The notes below the pieces were generated by a model. The model did not search any database and had not been told where the DNA came from. It worked only from the letters and a program-made list of their open reading frames with translations. The translations under genes were made by a program, and so were the position numbers. From assembly GCA_002305755.1 (NCBI GenBank), contig DBQV01000021.1:623-64622 (forward strand): DNA of 64,000 nt. The letters run 5' to 3'. This DNA comes from Christensenella sp. UBA1385. Its GTDB lineage: Bacteria; Bacillota; Clostridia; Christensenellales; Aristaeellaceae. This document shows, piece after piece, positions 29,117 to 37,621 of the stretch; within the stretch, counting starts at the first letter, position 1, and every line of letters begins with the position of its first letter.

Positions 29117-29146
29117 AATTTACCACCCGAAAATTCAGTGCGTCAA
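29117..29146 (-). promoter_or_regulatory. Candidate Pmra promoter of the dcw cluster
   Basis: On the minus strand: TTGACG (29146-29141), 18 nt, TAAATT (29122-29117). Followed by GTGG-type direct repeats at 29128-29072. Confidence 0.5.
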
Positions 29147-29365
29147 ACCGAAAGTCCCCGTAATTCAAGGCGTTTGGGCTTGCTTTTGTCTCTGAGGGGA
29201 TCGGATTTCAGTCTTAAAGGGAAGCGATGTTCGTTTCTCGAATTGTAAATAAGAACACCGATTCCTAAGAAGAAATCGACGTCCGAACATATCGTCAAAA
29301 CAAACAAATTTTATGGATAATTTTATATGATATGATGATTTTTATCTTTGGGAGATGTTTGGCTG

Positions 29366-29408
29366 GAAAGCAAAACAACAGGTCTGCCTTTTCTCAATGA
29401 AGCAGACC
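29366..29408 (-). terminator. Terminator-like hairpin in the AT-rich gap upstream of mraZ
   Basis: On the minus strand: GGTCTGC-TTCATTGAGAAAAG-GCAGACC followed by TGTTGTTTTGCTTT. Confidence 0.5.
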
Positions 29409-29572
29409 AAAGTTCGCAGATCTATAACAGAAAGGTTAGAGTTGCAATGACTCATGGAGGTTCAGCAATTGCACTCGTCACCACCCAACCATCAAAAAAA
29501 GGCGCCTAAAGCTCCTTTCTGGACAGAGCACGATTTACGGCAGCCTCTCAGCGCCACCGGGCCCCACTTTCT

Positions 29573-30289
29573 TTATGGCGCGAGCAGCTCAAACAGCCTG
29601 AATCCCAGGCCATCGCAGGCAACGGGATGATACGCCACGCCTTCACATCCCCCGCGGAAAGCAGAAGCACCCGCGGGGCCATGCAGGTGCCCGTAGAAAA
29701 CGTGCCGGACACCATAGGCTGAAAACAGGCGGCTCATGGGCGTGGGGCATCCGGAGGCCTCCACCGGCGGGTAGTGGATCATGGCGATGAGCAAATCGCC
29801 GTTTTTCAGGAGGGCCTTTCCCCTTTGCAGCGACAGTTCCATCCGCATCAGCTCGCGCTGATACAGCCTGTGGTTCTCGCTGTCACCTTCACCATCGGGC
29901 AGCATCCACCCGCGCGAACCGCAAAACACATACCCATCCATCGCGAGGGCATCGTTTTGCAGCGCGAACATGCCCTCCGGCAGCAGAGCGCGGAGCCGTG
30001 ACACAGAGCTCCACCAATAATCATGGTTGCCGCGGATCAGCAGCTTTCTGCCCGGCAGACGGCCGATAGCATCCAGATCCTGCTTTGCGTCATCCATTTT
30101 CATGGCCCAGCTGATATCGCCCGGGATGAGCACGATATCTTCGGCCCTGACCCGCGCCGTCCAGTCATCGGCGATCTTATCAAAATGCCCTTCCCAGTGG
30201 GCGCCGAAAACATCCATGGGCTTTTCGGCGCCGCCGGGGAGGTGCAAATCACCGATGGCAAATATGGTCGGACGCTCAGTTGTCGTCAT
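29573..30289 (-). CDS. Metallophosphoesterase (calcineurin-like)
   Basis: IFAIGDLHLPGG, LIPGDISW, IRGNHDYWW, MIHYPP, YGHLHG are the canonical phosphoesterase motifs. I place the start at ATG 30289, overlapping the upstream small gene by 14 nt. Confidence 0.8.
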   Translation of the reverse strand: MTTTERPTIFAIGDLHLPGGAEKPMDVFGAHWEGHFDKIADDWTARVRAEDIVLIPGDISWAMKMDDAKQDLDAIGRLPGRKLLIRGNHDYWWSSVSRLRALLPEGMFALQNDALAMDGYVFCGSRGWMLPDGEGDSENHRLYQRELMRMELSLQRGKALLKNGDLLIAMIHYPPVEASGCPTPMSRLFSAYGVRHVFYGHLHGPAGASAFRGGCEGVAYHPVACDGLGFRLFELLAP

Positions 30290-30677
30290 CTTCCTCCGAA
30301 TCGTCGCCGTCTTCCTGCTCTTCCATTTCTTCGAGAGACAGGTTCTTATCGATCTCCTGATATTCGGGCTCAGGGATATCCTTGTCATTGAGATCGGGCA
30401 CGATTTCGTCCATCGTGCTCACGGTCTCATCACCCGTCAGCAGGGGCTCGTCATCCTCCGCTCCTTCAACGCCGGACGAGGGCTTCTCACCGTTCATTTC
30501 ACGCAGGCAGACCGCGCAGAACACCTTTCCGGGCACAACCGGCGCCTCGTTGCAGATGGTGCACAGCTCCTGCTCTTCCGGCGGCACATTGCCGTGGATC
30601 TCACGGAAACACACCTTGCACATTTTCTCGGTATCTTCCATGTAGTTCAGCTCACATTTCGGACATTTCACCAGCAC
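30276..30677 (-). CDS. Small double zinc-ribbon protein with a strongly acidic C-terminal tail
   Basis: GTG start after AAAAGGGG. CPKCELNY...CKVCF and CTICNE...CAVCL give four CxxC pairs. The tail reads EEMEEQEDGDDSEEDDDN. No family recognised. Confidence 0.6.
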   Translation of the reverse strand: MLVKCPKCELNYMEDTEKMCKVCFREIHGNVPPEEQELCTICNEAPVVPGKVFCAVCLREMNGEKPSSGVEGAEDDEPLLTGDETVSTMDEIVPDLNDKDIPEPEYQEIDKNLSLEEMEEQEDGDDSEEDDDN

Positions 30678-30732
30678 ACGCGATAACCCCTTTTCATGCT
30701 TCTGTCATAGACGCTTTCGTAAAGCATGGGCG

Positions 30733-30761
30733 ATTATACTATGAGACATAGGCAATGGCAA
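30733..30761 (-). promoter_or_regulatory. Candidate promoter for the zinc-ribbon/phosphoesterase pair
   Basis: On the minus strand: TTGCCA (30761-30756), 17 nt, TATAAT (30738-30733). Confidence 0.55.
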
Positions 30762-30821
30762 GGGACACTCAAATCTTATTTTGGCATTGGGCAACATATG
30801 AACGAAGAGCCTCTCCGTCCG

Positions 30822-32078
30822 CTATTCTTCCGTCGCCTGTCTCGTCTTGTTGACATAGATTTTTTTCTTCTTCAGACCCCCTCGATGGGTAGAGGCAATG
30901 GCGACAGGCATGGTATAGCTGGGCATGGCGTTGGAACGGTTTTTTACCACGTTCAGCACCAGCGACACACCCGTTACGTTGGTCAGCAGGTTGGAGCCAC
31001 CGTAGCTGATGAAGGGCAGCGGGATGCCGGTGATGGGCATCAGGCCGATGGTCATGGCGATATTCTGAAAGACGTGGATAAACAGCATGCTCATCACGCC
31101 GATGATGATCATCCGCCCGAATTTGTCGTAGGTAAAACGCGCCAGATACAGCATGCGCAGCAGGGTCAGCAGGTAGATCACCACAATGATCGTGCAGCCG
31201 ACAAAGCCCACGGCCTCGCCGACGGTGGCAAAGATGAAGTCCGTCCAATCCTCCGGCACAAAGTTGAGCTGGCTCAGAGATCCGGCCACAAACAGACCGA
31301 TGCCCTTGAGCCCTCCCGAGCCGATAGCCTGCTCGGAGTTCAGTATCTGATAGCCGCCGCTCAGGGGGTACTTGCTCGGGTCAAGGAAGGAGAGGATGCG
31401 CTGCAGACGAAAGTTCTCCGATCCGCTGATCAGGCCGTAGGCGATCACGGTACCTACGCCGATGGCCGCAATCAGGCCGAGGAAGGTCAGTATCTTCCAG
31501 TCTGCTCCGCCAAAGAAGATCATCAGGTAGAAAATGCCCGCCATCACGATAACAGAGCCGATCTCGCTCTGAAGGACGGTAATGCCGGCAGGAAGGCCGA
31601 AGATCAGAATGATGCGCGCGGCGTCCTTCAGCGTATTCATGGGTTTGGGATTGTTAGCCATGGCGCGCGCCAGCATCAGGATGATGGTGATCTTGGCAAA
31701 CTCCGCGGGCTGTATCATGCGGCCGAGGCCCACCTCCAGCCAGGCGCTCACGTTGCGGATGGAGGACGCGCCCAGCACGATCACCAGCAGGCTCAACACC
31801 CCGTAGTAGTATACGCGGGCATAGGATCGGAAATGCTCGTAGGGGATGGACACGATGAACCACACAGCCGCCGGAGAAGCAATGGCAAAGATGGCCTGCC
31901 AGCGGCCGGATTCCGAATTCAGTATGCGGTTCAGCAGCGGCACCTCGGCGCTGATGTCCGGATTGAAGGTGGCCACTGAAATAGAAACAACCCCGATGGC
32001 TATCAGCAGATACATCAGGCCCAGCAATATGAAGTCAAAATGCGGTTTTGTCCTTCTGTCGTCTTCATGACCCATCAT
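30822..32078 (-). CDS. rodA: SEDS-family peptidoglycan glycosyltransferase (RodA/FtsW/SpoVE family; RodA by context)
   Basis: QPAEFAKI, PEDWTDFIFATVGEAVGFVG, GIPLPFISYGGSN. Last gene of the mre-PBP2-minD cluster. Confidence 0.85.
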   Translation of the reverse strand: MMGHEDDRRTKPHFDFILLGLMYLLIAIGVVSISVATFNPDISAEVPLLNRILNSESGRWQAIFAIASPAAVWFIVSIPYEHFRSYARVYYYGVLSLLVIVLGASSIRNVSAWLEVGLGRMIQPAEFAKITIILMLARAMANNPKPMNTLKDAARIILIFGLPAGITVLQSEIGSVIVMAGIFYLMIFFGGADWKILTFLGLIAAIGVGTVIAYGLISGSENFRLQRILSFLDPSKYPLSGGYQILNSEQAIGSGGLKGIGLFVAGSLSQLNFVPEDWTDFIFATVGEAVGFVGCTIIVVIYLLTLLRMLYLARFTYDKFGRMIIIGVMSMLFIHVFQNIAMTIGLMPITGIPLPFISYGGSNLLTNVTGVSLVLNVVKNRSNAMPSYTMPVAIASTHRGGLKKKKIYVNKTRQATEE

Positions 32079-32857
32079 ACGCCCTCACGCTCCTTTCCAA
32101 AGAGCTGGCCAAGCAGGCCTCCGCGTCGTCTCGGCGGCAAGCCCAGCAGCCGGTCACAAATACCGTCAATCGCTTTAGCGGTGGCTGCGCAGGCACCTTC
32201 CGGGATCGTTTTCCCCTGCACCATCGCACTGTAAACACTCTCGTCATAAGGGATTACGCCAAGCAGGGGCAGATCAAGCGCCAGGGCGGAAGAGGCAGGC
32301 TCCCTGACCAGGCCCTGCTTCACATAGCGCCTGTCAAAGCGGTTAATGATCAGCCAGGGATGTTTGCCACAGGACTCCATCATCATCCCGGCCATCTTTT
32401 CGGTATCCCGCAGGCAGACATCATCCGCGGTAGCCGCCAGTATGATCTCGTCAGCAAAGGGGACAAAATTCTTCACGCCCCGCCCGATGCCTGCCGGCGC
32501 ATCTACCAGCACCATGTCATAGCGCTCCTTCAGTGTTCTCGTCACCCGCGAAAGCGCCTTCGGCTCAAAATCCTTGGGCCGTGCGTCCTGCCCCGATGTC
32601 ATGATATGAAGCAGGGGGAAATTTCCGTGCGTTACGGCGGCTTCCCGCAGCGTGCAGCGCAGGCTGAGGCAGTCGGCCAGCTCATACAGCACCTTATCCT
32701 GTATGCCCATCATCAGGTCGACGCTGCGCAGGCCTACATCCGCATCCAGCAGCAGCGTGCGCAGGCCGCGCCCGGCAAGTGCAACAGCCATGGAGGAAAC
32801 AATGGTGGATTTGCCCACACCGCCCTTACCCGAGGCGACCAGTATCAGTCTTCCCAT
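32075..32857 (-). CDS. minD: Septum site-determining ATPase MinD
   Basis: Deviant Walker A SGKGGVGKST, DADVGLRSVDLMMG, and a C-terminal amphipathic membrane-targeting helix GLLGQLFGKE. Confidence 0.8.
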   Translation of the reverse strand: MGRLILVASGKGGVGKSTIVSSMAVALAGRGLRTLLLDADVGLRSVDLMMGIQDKVLYELADCLSLRCTLREAAVTHGNFPLLHIMTSGQDARPKDFEPKALSRVTRTLKERYDMVLVDAPAGIGRGVKNFVPFADEIILAATADDVCLRDTEKMAGMMMESCGKHPWLIINRFDRRYVKQGLVREPASSALALDLPLLGVIPYDESVYSAMVQGKTIPEGACAATAKAIDGICDRLLGLPPRRRGGLLGQLFGKEREGV

Positions 32858-32872
32858 CTCACAACTCCTGCC

Positions 32873-35389
32873 TCAGGGCATCAGTTCGTTGCCGCCCACC
32901 GGCGCGGTCGACTGGTTGGACATGCTGTCGCGGTTAGCCATCCACCAGTCCACAAAATCCTTGGCCGCACCGGTCGTCTCAGCGCCGGACATGCCGTTGG
33001 GGATGTGCGTGATCACGGCGATCTCAGCATCGGTGCTGAATGGTGTCAGCAGCACGAACCAGCCGTTATTTTCCACATCCAGTTTGATGCCGCCTATGGT
33101 CAGCTGAGAAGTGCCGGTCTTTGCCCAGATTTCGTCCTTATGGGCCCAATTGCTGAACTTGCGTGAAGCGGTACCGCCGTCGTCCACCACGCCCTGCATC
33201 CCCTGTTTGATGTAGGGCAGGTAAAGATAGGCATCCTTCAGCCGGTTGAGTACGCTCTGCTGATATTGATTGAGTATATCGCCGTCGGGCGAGGTGATGG
33301 AGTCAACGATCGAGAGGTTGTTGACTACGCCGCCGTTGGCCAGGCTGGCCACGTAGCGGGCCACTGCCACGGGCGTCAGCAGCGTGATGGACTGACCGAT
33401 GCCAAACTGGATCTCCTGGCTGCCGCCCCACTTGATATCGTTGAGGTAGACCCAGATATCGCCGACGGTGGACTGCCGCCAGACGAGGTCTCTTGGCATG
33501 TTGAGCTCCGCCATCAGGATGGGACGCATAGCGTCTGACCAATCGTCGGACGGCGTGTTCACGGCCATGTCCATCAGCCGCTTGATCGCGGTATCCAGGC
33601 GGACATCGTCGTATTCGATGCCGTTGGCCGATCCTATCTCCTTCAGGTGCTTCTTGATGCTGGCCGCCACCAGCATGGGCACATTGGTCTCCTGCTCGTC
33701 GATTGGCGCAGTCTGGTCGTACAGGGAGGTCTGGCTGCCCAGCACGCTTCGCTTTTCGCCCGGCAACTGTATGCCGGTCTTGCTGCTCAGGCCCATTTCC
33801 GCCGCGTACTTATAAAGCAGGTTGCTGCCGGTCTTTCCGTACAGGCGGCTGGATATCTCATAGAAGAAGTAGTTGCAGGAGTTTTTGATGCCGCCGACAA
33901 TGTTGAGATTGGCGTGCTGGTACCTGTTGTTATTGGACACCCAGCAGCGCGGCGCGTCCTCCACTTTGGTCGTATAGGCCATAAAGGGGCCTTCGTCGGT
34001 GATCGTATCCGTTACCTTCAGCACGCCGTTGGTCAGGGCGGCCATCGCCGGCACCATTTTGAAGATGGAGCCTGGCTCGGCCCTGGACTGGATGGCGTAG
34101 TTCTGCATCACATTGCGCGGGTCGAGCAGCAGATCGGCCGCAGGCTTGCCGCCGGCGACCATGGCGTTCAGGTCATAGGTGGGGTACTGCGCCATAGCCA
34201 GCACCTTGCCCGTCTTTACCTCCAGCACCACCATCACACCGGTCTCGGCCAGTTTCATGGGGTACTGGTCAAAGTCGCGCGACTCCAGCTTCTCCCGGTT
34301 GGTCTCATTCCAGCGCGGATCCACCAGCTTCGATTCCTGGTATCTGCGGGTGGACTGTACGTTGGCGGCAATGGCCGCCTCCGCCGCACGCTGTGCCGCG
34401 GCGTCGATGGTCAGCTTGACGTTGTTGCCATTTTCAGGCTCCTGCCGCGATATCTCGCGCGTTAAGCGGCCCGCGCTGTCTTTTTCCATCACGCGGTAGC
34501 CCTGACGGCTGGTGATGTTGGGGGTCAGCCAGTTTTCCATGCTCTTTTCGATGCCATCCTTGCCGATAACATCGTTCAGCGCATAACCAAGCGGTTTGAG
34601 ATCGGTTTCGTAATTGTCGCTTTCGGAGATTTTGCCGACATAGCCGATCACCTGCGCCGCCAGATTCTTCTGAGGATAGACGCGCTTTTCTCCTACCTGG
34701 ATATCCATGCCGGAGAGCACCATGCTGCGGCCGATGATCTCGGTGGCCGTAGCAGCGGCCACGTCCTTGGCGATCACGATGGGCATCGACAGGAAGATGT
34801 TCATGTTCATCTCCGAGTGAACGGCCATCACCTTCAGGATGGTCTCTTCAGGCAGATCGCGCCCGGCCAGATCATAGCGGCTCAGCAGGTTATTGTAGCA
34901 GTCTTCCGCCGTGGGATACCTTTCGACGGAGAGATAGTGGTTGCTGCGCCACTGGCTTTCTCGGATCTCTATGGCCCGCTGCGACACATCTCCGAAGTTG
35001 AACACCCAGCTCCCGGTCGATTCATCCCGCTCGATGGGCATCGTCACGCTCAGCTGTCCGCCGTTCCTTTCGATGATGGCGATGACTTCGAGAATGGAAT
35101 CCGTCAGGCGCTTATAGTCGCTCGCCCTGTTTTCCTTGCTGCTGCGGTAGAAGGTGACGTTGTACATGTCTTCGCTCATAGCCAGGACCACGGAATTGGC
35201 GTCGGTGATCATACCGCGGGTGCCCGTCAGGCGGATATTCTTCACGCGGTTCACTTCCGCAGAGCTCTGATACTGATCAGCCTTGGTGATCTGTAGGTCG
35301 TACAGGCGGTAACCCAGCACGCCGAACAGCAACACAGTCACCGCCGCGAAGGCAATAAACCGGCGGCTGATCCTCTTTTCAAACTTCAT
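32873..35389 (-). CDS. mrdA: Class B penicillin-binding protein (PBP2-type transpeptidase of the elongasome)
   Basis: N-terminal TM, a dimerisation domain, and transpeptidase motifs SIFK (GSIFKMV) and KTGTSQ. I place the start at ATG 35389 after GGAGAGGAGG. Located between mreD and minD. Confidence 0.85.
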   Translation of the reverse strand: MKFEKRISRRFIAFAAVTVLLFGVLGYRLYDLQITKADQYQSSAEVNRVKNIRLTGTRGMITDANSVVLAMSEDMYNVTFYRSSKENRASDYKRLTDSILEVIAIIERNGGQLSVTMPIERDESTGSWVFNFGDVSQRAIEIRESQWRSNHYLSVERYPTAEDCYNNLLSRYDLAGRDLPEETILKVMAVHSEMNMNIFLSMPIVIAKDVAAATATEIIGRSMVLSGMDIQVGEKRVYPQKNLAAQVIGYVGKISESDNYETDLKPLGYALNDVIGKDGIEKSMENWLTPNITSRQGYRVMEKDSAGRLTREISRQEPENGNNVKLTIDAAAQRAAEAAIAANVQSTRRYQESKLVDPRWNETNREKLESRDFDQYPMKLAETGVMVVLEVKTGKVLAMAQYPTYDLNAMVAGGKPAADLLLDPRNVMQNYAIQSRAEPGSIFKMVPAMAALTNGVLKVTDTITDEGPFMAYTTKVEDAPRCWVSNNNRYQHANLNIVGGIKNSCNYFFYEISSRLYGKTGSNLLYKYAAEMGLSSKTGIQLPGEKRSVLGSQTSLYDQTAPIDEQETNVPMLVAASIKKHLKEIGSANGIEYDDVRLDTAIKRLMDMAVNTPSDDWSDAMRPILMAELNMPRDLVWRQSTVGDIWVYLNDIKWGGSQEIQFGIGQSITLLTPVAVARYVASLANGGVVNNLSIVDSITSPDGDILNQYQQSVLNRLKDAYLYLPYIKQGMQGVVDDGGTASRKFSNWAHKDEIWAKTGTSQLTIGGIKLDVENNGWFVLLTPFSTDAEIAVITHIPNGMSGAETTGAAKDFVDWWMANRDSMSNQSTAPVGGNELMP

Positions 35390-36341
35390 GTTTTTCCTCC
35401 TCTCCCTGAGGTTCGGTCTGAGACGGTTCAAGCGGTTCTTCGTGCGGCTTTTCGCCGCCTTGCGCCTCCGGCACGGCGCCATCGGCAGGCCTTGATTCTG
35501 CGTCGGGATCGGCCTTCTGCTCGCCGCCGTCCTTTTGCTCCGCTTGTTTTGAAGTCTTGATCAAGGGCTCCCGGCCAAAGGCCGAGGAAAGGCTGGGCAT
35601 GTCCGGCTCAAGAGCAAGCTCCCTGAGCAGTTTTTCCGAGGTGGCGATCTCATCCCCCACGCCATCCTCGCTCCTCTTTCTGCCGAACCTTGCGGAATAG
35701 AAGCCCAGAAACCATCTGGCGGGGAACATGGTCAGGCACCAAAGCGCCGTATAAGCAAGGGACTGAGCCATCCGGACAAAGTGGTCAAAGCCGATGGGCA
35801 CACCGTCCAGGGCGGAATAGATCAGCACGATCAGATCATAAAGCAGCGTGAGCATCAGCGCATTGAGGAAGATGCGCAGATGCGGCTCCATATCGTCGGC
35901 AGATTTGCGCCTGAAATCCAAATGGAACCGCTTTCCGGGCCGCACGCCGTCCACCGCCACGATCCTGCTCTCCGCCTGCCGCTGAGCGATCTTGATGCGA
36001 AGCAGTTCGCGGCGTATCTCGCTCATATCCGCGAAAATCTGCGCGCACAGCAGCGTCAGCGCGGGATAGATCACCAGATTGAAGATGCGGATGCTGGGCA
36101 GCATGCTTTCCAGCAGGATGCCGAACACGGCGCCGCTGGCAAAAGCATACTTTTTGCCGTAGCAGACGGTCAGTATGGCGGAGCATATCATGAACAGGTT
36201 GGGCGCTATGCCGTTGATCCTCAGATGCGGGATCACACAGGTCTGCACCAGATAGTATAAGAGCACCAGAAAGCTGACCCTGGCAAACTTGACCAAGGCA
36301 TAACGCAGGCCTCTCAGGTGAGAGCGAATAACCGCGGTCAT
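35379..36341 (-). CDS. mreD: Rod shape-determining protein MreD, unusually long (320 aa)
   Basis: Polytopic membrane protein directly after mreC. It has a ~55-aa charged insertion and a ~90-aa Glu/Pro/Lys-rich tail. Confidence 0.65.
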   Translation of the reverse strand: MTAVIRSHLRGLRYALVKFARVSFLVLLYYLVQTCVIPHLRINGIAPNLFMICSAILTVCYGKKYAFASGAVFGILLESMLPSIRIFNLVIYPALTLLCAQIFADMSEIRRELLRIKIAQRQAESRIVAVDGVRPGKRFHLDFRRKSADDMEPHLRIFLNALMLTLLYDLIVLIYSALDGVPIGFDHFVRMAQSLAYTALWCLTMFPARWFLGFYSARFGRKRSEDGVGDEIATSEKLLRELALEPDMPSLSSAFGREPLIKTSKQAEQKDGGEQKADPDAESRPADGAVPEAQGGEKPHEEPLEPSQTEPQGEEEKHEV

Positions 36342-37621
36342 GGGTCTTCCTCTACCGTGATATCAGTCACGGAGAAGGTGGGCGTCGGCTCCGGCGTGCT
36401 GACGGGTTCCGCCGTTTCCACCAGGGGCGGCAGCGTTTCCAGCACGATCTGCTTCTGATTGTATTCATAATTGGGCGGGGGCACCGTAGCGTTCGGGTCC
36501 CTTGTCGGGGCCGGAGTATCGGTCGGTGCAGGCGTTGGGCTCGGCCCTTCGGATTTTTCGGGGATCACACCGTCCGGGCCCGGCGTCAGCGCGGGCTCCG
36601 GCTGGCCTATGTAGGTGGGCACCGGCTGAATGGAAGGCAGCGGCACAAAGGTAGATTGAGCCTGCGTACGGTTATCCGGCGCCTCCTCAGCGTAGGCGGG
36701 TTTGTACCTGTACACCACCACATGCTCCAGATGCTCAAAATCGGCGTAAGGCTTAATGACGATGTACTGCTTGCTGTCGTCCAGATTGCGGGTGCTTTCC
36801 ACTACCTCGCCCACGGGAATGCCCTTGATGAACTCAATGCCCACGCCGGACGTCACCACGCGGTCGCCAGGGCGCGGCAGCGAGGTGTAATTAAAGTAAT
36901 ACATGCGGCAGGAATAGGTGCCGTCGATCGCCAGCGTCCCCTTCACATAGCCCTGATCGCGGTTGGATTCGATCAGCGTTGGTACGTTGGCGCTGCTGTC
37001 AACGATGCCGCGCACCTGGGCCGTATCATCCTTCACGTCATAGGTATAGCCGACGAGCGCCCCGGAAAACACCACGGCCATGTAGTTGTCCACGCCTTGA
37101 TTCTTACCCGCATCAATGGTAAAGGTATAACTGAAGTTATCCGCCCCGCGGGCAATGATGTTGGCTTTTACGCCTTCCAGATCGATATTGCGGCTTATCT
37201 CGTCATCCAGGTCCTTATAGGTCTCCAGCAGCAGGCGGTAATGCTCTGCCAGCATGGCCTGGTCCTGCAGCTCTTCGATCAGGATTCTGGACTGTTCATA
37301 TTCATATTCAAGATTCGAGCGTATTTTCAGCGTCCGCAGATAGGCCACCACGCTGTCCGTTGCCTTGCTGAACAGGCTCTGCACGGGCGTGATCACCTTG
37401 CCGATCCAGTCGCGAGGCGCCGCGAGCATCGCCGCATCGGGGAAAAATACGGAGGCGATCATCATCACAATCACGACCAGCAGCACCACGACCGCGCCGA
37501 TACCGGCCAGCCGCCCGACGGCCTGCTGCCCGGAGGCAGCGGGTCCCGTGCTCCCGCGCTTTTGAGGCGCCTGCTTTCTCGCTTCCGTTTTCTTTTTTTG
37601 AGACGCTTGCTTTTTTCTCAT
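36338..37621 (-). CDS. mreC: Rod shape-determining protein MreC with a Pro/Thr-rich C-terminal extension
   Basis: Lys-rich N-terminus, a TM, coiled coil (LRTLKIRSNLEYEYEQSRILIEELQDQ), and beta-barrel domains (VVTSGVGIEFIKGIPVGEV). Confidence 0.85.
   Translation of the reverse strand: MRKKQASQKKKTEARKQAPQKRGSTGPAASGQQAVGRLAGIGAVVVLLVVIVMMIASVFFPDAAMLAAPRDWIGKVITPVQSLFSKATDSVVAYLRTLKIRSNLEYEYEQSRILIEELQDQAMLAEHYRLLLETYKDLDDEISRNIDLEGVKANIIARGADNFSYTFTIDAGKNQGVDNYMAVVFSGALVGYTYDVKDDTAQVRGIVDSSANVPTLIESNRDQGYVKGTLAIDGTYSCRMYYFNYTSLPRPGDRVVTSGVGIEFIKGIPVGEVVESTRNLDDSKQYIVIKPYADFEHLEHVVVYRYKPAYAEEAPDNRTQAQSTFVPLPSIQPVPTYIGQPEPALTPGPDGVIPEKSEGPSPTPAPTDTPAPTRDPNATVPPPNYEYNQKQIVLETLPPLVETAEPVSTPEPTPTFSVTDITVEEDP

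Noticed and set aside
29355-29450. 31-codon plus-strand ORF (MFGWKAKQQVCLFSMKQTKVRRSITERLELQ) in the AT-rich gap, and a 20-codon ORF starting at ATG 29447-29449
   Set aside because: The SD-like GGGAG abuts the ATG with no spacing. The ORF runs through a hairpin that is better explained as a minus-strand terminator. There is no supporting feature.
32075-32857. The MinD-like ATPase, considered as a ParA/Soj partition protein
   Set aside because: It has the MinD-type C-terminal amphipathic membrane-targeting helix and sits in the conserved mre-PBP2-min-rodA locus. There is no parB or parS nearby.
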